A stretch of DNA of 64,000 bases from the NCBI RefSeq assembly GCF_964355755.1, contig NC_092675.1:16898912-16962911 (forward strand), read 5' to 3'. This stretch comes from Antedon mediterranea (Eukaryota; Animalia; Echinodermata). The position numbers and the translations under genes are program-made. The notes beneath the pieces are model-generated. The model saw only the letters and a program-made list of their open reading frames with translations. It ran no database searches and was not told where the DNA came from. Below are positions 23,101-34,100 of this stretch, piece by piece (position 1 is the stretch's first letter; every line of letters starts with the position of its first letter).

Positions 23101-24455
23101 AGTAGTTCTCGAGAAAATGCAATTTCAGCTTACTTGTTACTCTAAGACTTCTTGCCGGCTTCTGAAAATTCTGTCCTATCTTTTAACACTAGCAGGTCTG
23201 AAAATGATATTAAAAAGTGGTCCGGATTGCCTCTAAAATTTAATGGAGTGGTCCTTGACCACATCTATCTGTATATTCATTTTGGTAAAGATCTTTTAAT
23301 TACTTTTTGAGTAATCCTACAAACAAACAGACAAACAAACAAAACACACACGATCGACTACATTTTCCTCCTTGGCGGAGGTAATAAGTACAGTGTTGAT
23401 TGTCTTTTAGAAGATGTGTCCTTGTACAATTTGTTCTTTATTGATTCTATGAGATGAGAATGAATAAGTGTATTCAGAAGTGTAATCCAGAAGAGTATTT
23501 GATTAAATACTAATACAATGATAATATTTAATTGGTTACTAATAGCATTCTTATTAATAATCAATATGTATTTTTTATGTATAACTATCTAGAAGATAGA
23601 AGTCGATTTCTAAGATTTGTAACTGGTAGAAGACGGTTACCCGCTCCTCTTTATATTGCTGCAGATAGAGGGTGAGTTAGATTTCACAATTTGGTGTAAA
23701 AATAAATAATTAAATTTGTATACTGCTGTGGACAAGGCATATCCGGTACTGTGATTTACAATAGAATAATACCATGTATGCTATTCAATATTTAAATGTA
23801 GGTCTGAGAAAACGGATTCCTTGCCAGAATCGTCTACCTGCTCAAACACACTATTTCTTCCATGTTATTCAAGGTGAGTGTGTGACCAACCGCTGCTTAG
23901 TATAAGTTATATTTTAGGAACAATTACTGGTGACAGTGACTTTGGCTGCTTTTGTGTTTTCCTGACAGCTAGTGATGATTTTATATTTTCTCCTTGCATC
24001 GTGCTTGTTTAATTTGATGATGTGTATAATATTTTGTAAAATGTATCCTTTGCCTGAATAAATAATAATAATAATTGGTAATTAGTAGAAATATGATATG
24101 AAAACCAAAGTTGAAATTCTTGTGTAAAGGGGCATTTCAATTTATCATGCTGTCGAAAACCCATTGAGCACAAAGTTTTTGAAAACAAAGCATTATAGTA
24201 AATATCAAAATTAAAGAGAAACCAAAATGATGATTGAAACTTTATTTTAAAAACAGATTGTATTGAATATAGATAATCTTCTATAATAATTTAATATCTT
24301 TTAATATCCTTGTTACTTTGAAATACAGGAATGCAATTCTTTATAAGTTATAAAACTTTTCCATTTTCAGTGCCAAAGTAGCTGAAGAGAAGTTACGCTA
24401 TGCAGCGTATAACTGCGTTGCCATAGATACAGACATGGGAACATGGGATGAATAG
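1857..24455 (+). CDS. HECTD3: E3 ubiquitin-protein ligase HECTD3 (DOC/APC10 domain + C-terminal HECT), 18 coding exons, 842 aa
   Basis: Exons 1857-2153, 3028-3200, 4609-4837, 6270-6385, 8654-8770, 9713-9795, 13924-14026, 14374-14436, 17182-17340, 19287-19392, 19998-20115, 20429-20655, 20936-21232, 21577-21706, 21914-21988, 23593-23671, 23802-23873, 24371-24455. All GT-AG, phases consistent, total 2529 nt. Motifs [51 protein letters not shown] and [17 protein letters not shown] match vertebrate HECTD3 as I recall it. Confidence 0.96.
3028..3200 (+). CDS. HECTD3: HECTD3 exon 2 (KSFKDH...QEGWILL...LLPLS)
   Basis: ctttag acceptor, open frame, gttata donor; phase 2. Confidence 0.8.
3388..4296. 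mobile_element. Non-autonomous TIR DNA transposon, about 0.9 kb
   Basis: Ends atatGAGACACGGCATCAAAAAA and TTTTGTGATGCCATGTCTCatat form a ~23-bp imperfect inverted repeat. ATAT flanks with GAG..CTC termini recall Sola elements, but the superfamily is uncertain. Confidence 0.65.
4609..4837 (+). CDS. HECTD3: HECTD3 exon 3 ([11 protein letters not shown]...VDVSSKC)
   Basis: aaatag acceptor; gtaagt donor. Confidence 0.9.
5480..5601. mobile_element. About 120-bp palindromic MITE (family also at 28853, 30250 and 52650)
   Basis: TIR ctctgtYtacact...agtgtagacagag, resembling PIF/Harbinger-type ends. Confidence 0.65.
6270..6385 (+). CDS. HECTD3: HECTD3 exon 4 (DOC domain: [25 protein letters not shown])
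   Basis: ttgtag acceptor; gtaagt donor; conserved DOC motif. Confidence 0.95.
6588..6760. mobile_element. Tc1/pogo-like MITE with CAG..CTG termini
   Basis: cagtcaactctc ... gaaagttaactg|ta in a TA-rich context. Confidence 0.5.
6979..7653 (+). mobile_element. Helentron-associated (DINE/HINE-like) non-autonomous element, copy 1
   Basis: 5' acctctgccaaggagg sub-TIR/hairpin, (GTTT/GTCT)n microsatellite, 3' ggcggaggt sub-TIR plus cactctgggagtg palindrome, T-rich ends. Inverted paralogue at 22373-23387. Confidence 0.75.
7683..8525. repeat. 42-bp minisatellite, about 20 copies
   Basis: Unit ttactattatagtacagtaccacctacaatcc(a/c)cttgtggta. Explains the repetitive ORFs at 7603-8579. Confidence 0.95.
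8654..8770 (+). CDS. HECTD3: HECTD3 exon 5 ([18 protein letters not shown]...)
   Basis: ttgtag acceptor; gtaagt donor. Confidence 0.92.
8965..9535 (+). mobile_element. 5'-truncated non-LTR retrotransposon (CR1/L2/Crack group): ORF2 C-terminus and 3' UTR
   Basis: ORF 8961-9305 has SPLFK..IL....HNANTR...[15 protein letters not shown], a typical post-RT domain. 3' stem-loop near 9417-9456, then aataaa and a gttgtactt repeat tail. Confidence 0.8.
9713..9795 (+). CDS. HECTD3: HECTD3 exon 6 ([27 protein letters not shown])
   Basis: cctcag acceptor; gttacg donor; phase 1. Confidence 0.92.
10565..12224 (+). mobile_element. Non-autonomous Helitron, copy A
   Basis: a|TCTATATAT start, terminal hairpin ctagatggtacgc...gcgtgccatCTAG|t, inserted between A and T with no TSD. 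Shares termini with 15443-16774. Confidence 0.8.
12609..13642. mobile_element. Tc1/mariner-type MITE carrying an internal minisatellite
   Basis: Imperfect TIR taccatatttattaaaataaac ... gtttattccaataaatatgata with TA ends. Confidence 0.6.
12661..13582. repeat. Composite minisatellite (64/45/40-bp variants) with a 362-bp higher-order repeat
   Basis: Core gcctcccctccaccatagaacatcataggatacacata. Identical ORFs in the track recur 362 bp apart (12866/13228 and 12930/13292). Confidence 0.93.
13924..14026 (+). CDS. HECTD3: HECTD3 exon 7 ([15 protein letters not shown]...ELVR)
   Basis: ag acceptor at 13922-3; gtaagt donor. Confidence 0.92.
14374..14436 (+). CDS. HECTD3: HECTD3 exon 8 ([21 protein letters not shown])
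   Basis: catcag acceptor; gtatgc donor. Confidence 0.92.
15443..16774 (+). mobile_element. Non-autonomous Helitron, copy B
   Basis: a|TCTATATG start, first ~580 bp near-identical to copy A, ends ...gtattcgagaaccatctgtg...accatCTAG|t. Confidence 0.8.
17182..17340 (+). CDS. HECTD3: HECTD3 exon 9 ([16 protein letters not shown]...LKQSET)
   Basis: tcctag acceptor; gtaaat donor. Confidence 0.92.
17850..19262 (+). mobile_element. Degenerate LINE (L2/CR1-like) apurinic endonuclease region, interrupted by a DNA element
   Basis: Frameshifted APE motifs L.lWNA, Y.PP, AGDFNFH, H..GN..DLIITR and SDH. The frame resumes after the 18621-19128 insert. Confidence 0.8.
18621..19128. mobile_element. 508-bp non-autonomous DNA transposon with an 8-bp TSD
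   Basis: TSD ctttagtc at 18613-18620 and 19129-19136; imperfect TIR ggacgattcggcc / ggccaaatcgtcc. Confidence 0.85.
19287..19392 (+). CDS. HECTD3: HECTD3 exon 10 ([18 protein letters not shown]...VFSQ)
   Basis: ttttag acceptor; gtatgt donor. Confidence 0.93.
19998..20115 (+). CDS. HECTD3: HECTD3 exon 11 (IFEGLK...[18 protein letters not shown])
   Basis: ctgtag acceptor; gtatta donor. Confidence 0.95.
20429..20655 (+). CDS. HECTD3: HECTD3 exon 12 ([17 protein letters not shown]...KENL)
   Basis: ttacag acceptor; gtaaga donor; HECT N-lobe. Confidence 0.95.
20936..21232 (+). CDS. HECTD3: HECTD3 exon 13 ([12 protein letters not shown]...ESKQQ)
   Basis: tttcag acceptor; gtgaga donor. Confidence 0.95.
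21577..21706 (+). CDS. HECTD3: HECTD3 exon 14 ([26 protein letters not shown]...)
   Basis: tgccag acceptor; gtgagt donor. Confidence 0.95.
21914..21988 (+). CDS. HECTD3: HECTD3 exon 15 ([24 protein letters not shown])
   Basis: ctttag acceptor; gtaagc donor. Confidence 0.93.
22373..23387 (-). mobile_element. Helentron-associated (DINE/HINE-like) element, copy 2, with an internal tandem array
   Basis: Reverse-complement paralogue of 6979-7653 with the same sub-TIRs and microsatellite. Confidence 0.75.
22479..22904. repeat. 71-bp tandem repeat, 6 copies
   Basis: Units start at 22479, 22550, 22621, 22692, 22763 and 22834. Confidence 0.95.
23593..23671 (+). CDS. HECTD3: HECTD3 exon 16 ([17 protein letters not shown])
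   Basis: ag acceptor; gtgagt donor; HECT C-lobe motif. Confidence 0.95.
23802..23873 (+). CDS. HECTD3: HECTD3 exon 17 with the catalytic Cys ([14 protein letters not shown])
   Basis: atgtag acceptor; gtgagt donor. Confidence 0.95.
24371..24455 (+). CDS. HECTD3: HECTD3 exon 18 ([27 protein letters not shown])
   Basis: tttcag acceptor; TAG stop at 24453-24455. Confidence 0.95.
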
Positions 24456-25060
24456 AGGAAATCCTTTAAGGCAGTGACTAGTTAGAAATTAAGCTGGGTT
24501 GAACATCGTAAAGAGGAAAACTGATTATATTAATACTGTACTGTATTCCAGCATCCTGACTGATGATATTCTACATACACTGTTTTATTATCTGAAAACT
24601 CATTTAGAAGTGTTTCTTTTTAGAACTTACTATTAACTAATTACTACTTTATACCTCCATCAACATAACGGTGCATGTTGGTCTTTCAAAGGAGCTGGAA
24701 ACCTGTTGCTAGGGAAGCCATGTACCATCAATCGTATAGCTAAATATTATTTGATTAAAAAATAGTGTACAATAGTTAAATTCATGTGCCAAAGATTACA
24801 TTGAAGGTTGTAATGGCCCAATCAATGTACACACTTATTAAATAAGCTTTACAGAGGTAATAATAGTTAGAGGTAACTTTTAGCAAATCTACCTACACAT
24901 GTATCAGGATTGTGCTTACTTGAAATAACCATTGTGCATTGCCATGTTAAAACAAAACTCATTAAAACTATCTGATTGGCTTAAATTCATTTGAAATTCT
25001 CAATAAGCAGATCTTCAAAGGTGAAACAATTGTGTTTATTGTTTGGGTACCAAATACAAA

Positions 25061-25318
25061 TAGGCATTCTGAACTGCCTGTTTAATAGGCATTCTGAACT
25101 GCCTGTTTAATAGGCATTTTGAACTGCCTGTTTAATAGGCATTCTGAACTGCCTGTTTAATAGGCATTTTGAACTGTCTGTTTAATAGGCATTCTGAACT
25201 GCCTGTTTAATAGGCATTCTGAACTGCCTGTTTAATAGGCATTCTGAACAGCCTGTTCAATAGGCATTCTGAACTGACTGTCCAATAGACATTCTGAATT
25301 GCCTGTTAAATAGACATT
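25061..25318. repeat. 25-bp minisatellite, about 10 copies, in the probable HECTD3 3' UTR
   Basis: Unit taggcattctgaactgcctgtttaa. AATAAA signals follow at about 25360-25416. Confidence 0.92.
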
Positions 25319-26393
25319 TTTGTAACTTAACTGTAAGCCATTAAAGCATAAAAACCTGAAATAAAGTTGACTTAACATAATAAAAAATGTCATAAATCAT
25401 GAAATTTGTAATAAATTATTTAATAAATCATTTTATATACAAATTATATGTTAGACAAATATTCAATATGTTGGTAAAGATTTTGATAACTGTATGGTCA
25501 GTTTGAGATTCGAGTGTATGAAAGATTTAAAGATTCTTACTAAAAATAAGTAAATCCTATTTGTAATGATGTTTACTATAGTAAACATGCTTTGCAATTT
25601 GCGTACATATATCCAAACAAAACAAACACTTTTCTGATATAATGGTAGAATATTAGCATATATCAATTATCAAAGTATTTGGTGTCTTTTTCCAGCCTTC
25701 AAACTTTCTGTAGTCAATTTCTTTTTGCAATTGAATTTGCTGCAAGAGATTTTTTTTTTTGTATATTTAATATTTTACATTGGTTTTGTATTTCATCAAA
25801 TTTGCAATATGTATTTTAGAAACTAAATACTGTACTTTGTACTTTAGTTACATTAATATGCAAGTATTATATTAATTTTACATTATTATTAAAAGAAAAA
25901 CTCAGAATAGTAAGTAGTTATAGTCAAAAGTAATGATAATATTCAATGTCATTATTAACAAAAACAAGTTTTAAATATTAAAAATTTGGAGAAAAAATAT
26001 AAAGTACATATTAAATTATTGAATATAAAGTTTAATGATAAGTATAATGATAAATATAATAAGGTCCACAATTCTTTTAAAACAGGTGTTATAATTATGT
26101 TTAGTATTGATATATAAACCTTAACAAGAAAAGCCATAACTTAATCTTGATGGGCATTGAACATTGCCTTGAGGCATTTCTTACAGCTCCATAGGATTTG
26201 CATCTAAACATCTCCTTGGGCTCAATATTAAATTAAAAAATGCATTTTGGTATTAACAACTCATTTATTTCTTATTTATTTTTATACGTTATCACTAACA
26301 TTAATTAAACTTTATCTATAGAATTGGCATAACAAAATAGATCATATATAGTCTATCTATATTCCATGTTAAGGTTTACAAACCCTCAAAATA

Positions 26394-26473
26394 CTGGACA
26401 CTCCTAATATCTATTGGTGGAAAAGGTTTTAAGACTGGACACTCCTAATATCTATTGGTGGAAAAGGTTTTAA
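26394..26473. repeat. 41-bp tandem duplication
   Basis: actggacactcctaatatctattggtggaaaaggttttaag occurs twice. Confidence 0.85.
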
Positions 26474-27940
26474 GAACATATTTTAAAGGATGTAAAGGAA
26501 TTTGGGATTTTAAAAAAAGTCTGGTTTTGGAGCAGTGGACGTTATGTTGATGCTGACTATCAGTTTTGAGTTTTATATGTTTGTAGTAAAGAAACTAGTT
26601 GCACTTACCAAATACAATAATCCTAATAATATTGTATATAATAATGTTTGATTAATATTACTTTAGATACCAAACATATCAGTGTATTTCATAATTCTTT
26701 TATACTTCAAATCATTTCAGCACAATTCTGTTTATTCAAGAAATGTAAAATATGTTAATTTTATTCTTTGTACAATAATGAACATATTAAATAAAATAGA
26801 AATAATTTGAAAATATTGAATTACCAAATGAGTTTTCTTGTCAAAAATCACTATTTTAAAGCAAACATGGTTAGGGGAGATTGGACAAAGGCAATGAAAC
26901 AGGATGCTGAGATCCGGAGATCTGTGGCTGTGACACGATCAGTTCCACTGACACCACGTAGAATATGTACATAGTACAATCCTGTTGGTATTTGTTGCAG
27001 CCAGATATAAGATCAAAGGACTGTAATATGAGTTCCTATCTTGGCAAGGAGAGGTCAGTGTCCTGTTGTTAGATTGCCTTTATTGGACCTAGGCTCTGAA
27101 ACCTTTATACTCGTCATTGGATGGGACAGTTACTACTCAACAAACTAGCTCACTTGCACGGATTTTGTTTGTACAGTGCCATGAGCAATGACAGTTGGAA
27201 TAGCATTATATACATGAAAGGATTGATTGACTATGTATTGTTTAATAACTATAGTATTCTGTCTGTTTTGTTGATGGTTATATTCATCAGGTATATTGTG
27301 TGGCTGGTAATATACTATCATACGAGTTTGGAACTGGATACTGGAATCCAAAATTGAAGGTGGTGATGTTAACAATTTTTATCTACAGTAAAAAAGTACT
27401 ACAGACAGAATAGTTTTATTCTTTGTATTATATTTAAAGGCATTTTAGAAAGAAATAATAATACAAAAATATAAGTATTTAATTGCATATTATATACATT
27501 AAAATAAATAGTACACTTTGCCCTGCTATTTAAAGCAATAGGGCCCAATGAGTATAAAATTAAAGTTGTATTAACTATACATAAGTTGAGCAATACTCTA
27601 GGTATAGGAATGAATACATAGTATAAATTGTTTTTTTATGATGGATAGATGGGGAAATATGCATACATGAGACATCACATATTGGATCATTCAGAACATC
27701 ATGATGGCCGGAAACTCATCCATATTAATTTCATGATGTACGGTAATTCAATTTTAAAACTTTTCCTACGTTTTTTCGATCTAAAAACAAATACTATATG
27801 GGCTTAAATTGTGATAATTTTTATTTATATATTTAAATGGTAAAAGTGTGAATATATATACACTATTTTTACAAAACGTAAACAAATGCAGAGAAAGTGT
27901 CTGAAAAGTACTGAAATAAACACTTCAATTTACTTTATAA

Positions 27941-28190
27941 TTATTTTCTTTTTAGATAATTTGGACCTTGTGGTCTTGTACAATAACACACCAAAAAAAA
28001 TGTGCTTCCAAAAATGATAAACATTACTAAAACACACGTATGCATTGCTTCGTAAAGTAACTTCGGCGAAAAGACACTCCAGATAAAGAGATGGTACCGT
28101 TGCGATGAAACTACTATGGTGTACGCAGCCAATGGTAATGCACGACACAGCATTAGTGACAGGAACGCTTGAGGAAGTGCTGTTGAATCA
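27941..28190 (-). CDS. PIGG: PIGG last coding exon (...RYHLFIWSVFSPKLLYE...*)
   Basis: ttatag acceptor; stop at 27943-27941. Confidence 0.92.
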
Positions 28191-31100
28191 CTATAAAATG
28201 AAATTGATATATGTTTGAAAAAGAAGCTACTTTTCTTTGCAATTAACCAAGTATTAAAAGATAACCAGGTATTAAATTTCAACATACAATGGCAATGTTA
28301 AAGATGTATTGTCCCTTGAAACACAAAAAATAAAGGTTAAAATATTCTAAATTTAAATTGGCCATATCAAAGTAATATTAAAATTTTCAATTTAAGTCGA
28401 AAATTTGAGCTTAAAACAACAAGTTTACGTAATTAACAGGTATATTTATTTGATTACATTTCGTCTGGAAAATCGTCGTGAGCGAAAGTAAACAAAGATT
28501 TCAAACCACAAGTATGCATTATGCATGATACTAATTAGAATTGTTTACAACTCGTCACGGTTGAGAAGGTGTTTTCACATAGATCGCAAGAAAGTTTTAT
28601 GATTATGCATACAGAGTAGCCAAACAAGCTTGTTGCATAATATGAGATATGTTTTGATCAAAAAATTTTGACTGGAAGTCAAAGTAATTTTATGAACAAA
28701 AAACGTCTGTATTTCAGTTAAATGATTTTTTTCCTACTTATTTTTGGTGAAAGTTAATAACTATTACGATACTTCAAAATTACCCACTTTTTTTCGAAAT
28801 CTTTAAAAAAAAATTTTTTTTGGAATTAGTCAAAGCGACAATACATCTTTAAGCTCTGTCTACACTATCAAACTAGTTTGACAAAAAAAGTGTGATGTGG
28901 CCATCTGGTAGTGATATGCCCAAATAGGGTAGTGATATGACATCATCATGTCCATATATGGCACATAAAGTTTGATAGTGTAGACAGAGTTTTAGATTAT
29001 AATACCTACATTTTGTGAGAATTGTATGTACTCTGTTTAAGTAGAGTGAGCATCCAAGACACAGGACCAAAATTGGTGGCTACCAGTAAAAAAGTCCCAA
29101 CAAAGGCTGGATCATGCGAGTCTAATCCCACATATCCAGATGACAAATCTATAGTAGCGATGCTATTTGAATTTCCCTAAAACAGAAAGTTTTTTAAAAA
29201 TTACTATTAAACATTTCTATTTGAAATTATGTCTTTGCTTAAATTCTAGTCTAATCTAAAAACAATAGCAAAACATTTTTACCTGATGATAAAATGTAGT
29301 TTGGCCCATCCAGAAACAAATTACACTCCAATTCCAGGCTTTGAGAGAAAGTTTAAACAAAATATCTTCTAGGCTTCGTTGAATAAACAAAGTCATGGCG
29401 ACAACAGCTGTATTATGTGGCCGTAGTAACAGCACCACAAATAATATGAAACTCTCATATAAAATGCTAAGCAGTCTAGTTCCACTATTATTATTAGTAC
29501 TACTTTGTGATTTGGTTTTTAACAAATGTTTTGAAATATTTTGAAGATAATTGAATATTGCACTGAATATCTTGAGCAGCAAAAGTACAAAAGTTATTCG
29601 TGCCTCTGCAATTCCTCTGAAATAGGAACAAGAAAAAATATTAGGTGGTGGAGTCGAGTTGAATAAGTACGATCAGTCAGCCTTTCAATGAATGAAAATA
29701 TTCTCTCCATTTAATTCAACAAATACAAAACATTTATTATATGTGTAGAACAAACAATCCAAAACGTTTCTAAATTAAAAATGTTTTCGTCAAAAGGTTA
29801 GGCCCATTAAAAATATGACGCCTGCAACTTGATCGCTGAGTAGAGCGGTTTTGAACCATCGACGGTCTCACACAAACATTTTCTTTTTTAAACAAAAACG
29901 TCCATTGTACCCCAAATATTGTGAGGATGGATCCAAATAATGCATGGCACGGGCTGTATAATCAACCAATCAAATGACAAGGATACACTTAAATGCAGTA
30001 AACTTACTTGTATGATGATGGTACCAACACTGGTAACACTACGTTTCCTACAGCATGTCGATATAGACATATAAACAACAGAATTAAGATGTTTGAAGGT
30101 GAAAATAGACGTTCTGACAAAATGACGTAGACTGCTGCAAGTGACAATACATGGACCACAGAAAGATAAATTGCATTCTCAGGTCTGGAGAAGAAGTGAA
30201 GATATAATAATAATAAACTAGAAATATAATAATAAAAAGACTGCTGTAAGCTCTGTCTACACTATCAAACTTTATGCGACAACAAATGTAATGTGCAATA
30301 TTTGGGTACACAACACTTTTTTGTCAAACTAGTGTTGACAGAGCTTTACAAGTTGCAGCTTGACTGTATCATACGTTCTAACTCTTTCCTACTGTTATGT
30401 CTTAAAACAAACTTCACACCCAAAGACTCACAGGACATAATGTATTGTATGATGGTTGAACCAAAAGAAATCTAACAACTTGCTTTGGTTGAACAAAGTA
30501 ATGTATTTTCAGCAAATACTGTATGTTAAACAATTTACTGCATGCATTTTAATATAACACAGGGGTATATTACACAGTCTTAGATTGATAGGCCTGTCAA
30601 TAAGAGGATTATTTTGTCATTACTATGGGGGAAAAATCTTAATTTAATTACAAATGAATCTTGACAATTATACTGACAATTCACAATGCAAATTTGTAAA
30701 TGTAAAATCAAAAACAATAAAATCATATGTTTTAAATTAAAATAATATATAAAATGGCCAAAAAGTTTTACTACCTAACGAGCCAGTCCCCAATATCAGG
30801 TAAATTAGCCCATTTCATTCCTGTCTGATTCCATGATCTTAACACTCTGCAAATGATTAGGATTACAAAAATTAATTTAGCATCCTCCGACCTCTGAACT
30901 TGAATGCTACGAACAAACAATCCAACCAGCAGTGTTGTGGTCAGGAAATACCATGTTTGGTGCTCTTCCTCTACAAAACTACTGGACATGAGACTAATGG
31001 TATGAGTTACACTCCCTAATAGAAGAAACTTCTCTAATATTGAAAGTGACCTTATCTGAAAAATTATGATAAAGAATGAAATAAATAAATAAATTATGCA

Positions 31101-34100
31101 CATCACTATGGTAGTTTAGGTAAGAAAATGTTTTCTTCTGTCCTTTCCTTCTTAGAAAAATAGTTGCTATAAACAAGTTGTAAATAATTCAATATGCTTA
31201 AAATTCTAAACTATGATTACATTTGACAACATCTTTGTTTTAAAGAGTAACATTGTATGATTTTTCCATTTACTTACAAAAGACAAGATTTTGAAGGTAT
31301 TGAGAGACACAAGTATTGATATCTGGAGATATATGGCAACTGCAACAGTTATAACAAAAGCAGTGGAGTGCATGATAGCAGATGGTGATCCATTACACAG
31401 CATATCACTTGTATCTAATCCACTAGTACATATTGTCACATGGGTTGTTAGGATTGCTAAGCAACAACATCCAAGGTAGAACAGTTTTGATATGTGGAAG
31501 TTCATTGGTGTTGAGTTGGAAGATGTGTAGGTAAGTGCTACTCCAATTAGAACTAACACCTGCAAAATTTAAAGAGTTACTTTAACATCTGAATTTAATA
31601 TTTATATATAGTTTTCAACATACAATTATGTCAGGTGAATCCTTGGAATTTGATTGGTTGATTTTGTATGAAGTGGCAGACATTATATCCTCCCATTTCG
31701 GCAGTAAAAGTGTTACAATGTGAGAAATTTATTCCACCCGGTAGACAAGTGAATAATGGGAGAACAAAATGAAGCCATGCAGAATTAGTATTGTGTGTGT
31801 AAACTGTTTCAATAAAAAAAGACTTTCGGGCATAAAGTGCTTGAGATTGTATGAAAAACTTAGTATTATTCATGTCTTCCATTTTGAATATCTCAGAAAT
31901 GTCCAAATTCTAATGGCATTCTAATCATATTTACTGTTCTGTGTCTTTTCTTACCATTGAACAGAGGACAATCCCGCAAATCATTGCATGGACATCATAT
32001 CTTGTAACAGTTTCAGATAAATTGGATTGCATCATTTTTAGAACCTTAAAATACTTGTCAACAATCTTTGAAGCCACTTCTTTTGAAGCAGCAGATGTGG
32101 ATTTATTTGCATATTCATTTAGCCATCCAGCATGCATTTCAATTATGTGTTGGTAATCAATAGTAATATCATCTATATGGGGAAAAAAAGTATGAAACAA
32201 ATAATTAAATTATAAAAATATTTCCTCTTTCAAATTTACTCTTTACTTTATAAAAAAAAAGACTTGAAAATGTATGATACACGGTTTCAAATTGAATACA
32301 TTTAAAAGTTAATTTTAAATTGCATTATCTATGTAAGTCATTCATGATGTATATATTTGAAAAGTAAATTCGAACATTTATGTTAAAGTTGTATTTAAAT
32401 AATGACTTAGATTCCTTACCACCTTTTCCAAGTTTAACTTTGTTGACGTTTTTCGTGAAGCATTTTGATACCACCATACAATTTTTTAACAATTATGTCA
32501 TGTGTACTTATTATATTATGATATCAATATTTCTATATTCAAAGTTAAATAAAATCATTCATAATATTAAAATTCAAATTTTAAAATGTTACCAAATATC
32601 GCCTGATTAAAACTTTGCTTCATTAATGTCATCAACTGATTGCTGTTCAGCTGTAGCGCCCTCAATTGTTGCCTCAATGGGAACAGGTTCAACACTTCAG
32701 GTATGATAATTCCTAAACTGTTTTGTGGGATTGGAAGACCAAACATAGTAGCCAAAGAGGGCGCCATGTCAATCTGTTGAACCTCACCATATGGATATGA
32801 AGAGCCTGTACAAATATAAATATAGACAGTTTTATATTTTGTGCAATTTTTTTCAGTAATAAATAGTAACTGAGGATTATAAACAAGCACGAATGTGCAA
32901 TACTCGGGGTACAGCGAAAGAAGCTGTAATGACGTCATAAGACAGGATTTAACGTCACGTACACATCAATAACCGCGCTACCAAATACGGCTATACGGTA
33001 CCATCTTCGAGACGTGATATGGCTGCTTCCGGTTTGAAATTTAAAAATCCGGCTCTATAGCTTTGAGGACATGGGCCTGTAGTATATTCATGCTAAATCC
33101 GAGCTCAATACTACAACGAATAAGGGAGGAGTAGTACTTTATAAATCGCAATTTTTGCTCAATAGTGTCCGGATGGAAGAAGAAGAGGAAAAGATGAGAG
33201 TCCTAGACTCAGGTACCCCGAGTAATAAACGAGAAATACGTATACAGTATATTTCACCATAAAGTTAATGAAAAATAGGTTTCGCCAGGGCTCGAACCGG
33301 AACCTTCTGCGTGTTAAGCAGACTTGACAACCACTACACTACGAAACCTCTTACACTAAAAATGTGGGTTACACAAAGTTTTTTAATCCATTTAAATTAC
33401 AAATAAATATGGTAATAAGCACAAAGCAAAATAAACATGTGTAAAAGAGATAATTACCGATTACACAAAATAAGTATTTAAAAAAATAATAAAAATAAGA
33501 TATACTGTGTATAATTATCATATTGCGTATACAGTACTTTTCACCATAAAGTTTAAAAAAGAAAGGTTTCGCCTGGGCTCGAACCAGGTATCTTCTGCGT
33601 GTTAAGCAAACGTGATAACCACTACGCCAAGAAGCCGCATATAACTACATGACGCTGTGGTGTGTCTCACACATTGTGGCTTCTTAATTAAACAAATTAA
33701 TTAAAAAACAAGCATGAATGTGCGATACTCGGGGTACAGCAAAAGAAGCTGTAATGACGTCATAAGACCGGATGTAACGTCACATACACATCAATAACCT
33801 TGCTACCAAATACGGCTATACGGTACCATCTTCGAGACGTAAAATAGCTGCATCCGGTTTGAAATTTTAAAATCCGTCTCTATAGCTTTGAGGACATGTC
33901 CCTGTAGTATATTCATGCCAAATCCCAGCTCAATACTACAACAAATGGGAGGAGTAATACTTTATAAATAGCACTTTTTACTCAACAGTGTCCGGATGGA
34001 AGAAGATGAGGAAAAAAGAAGAGAGTCCTAGACTCAGGTACCCCGAGTAATAAAACGAGATATAGTCTATATCATATTATGTATACAGTATATTTTACCA

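Noticed and set aside
27661-27715. Possible C/D-box snoRNA (TGATG and CTGA-like motifs)
   Set aside because: No canonical box C/D pair with a terminal stem could be established.
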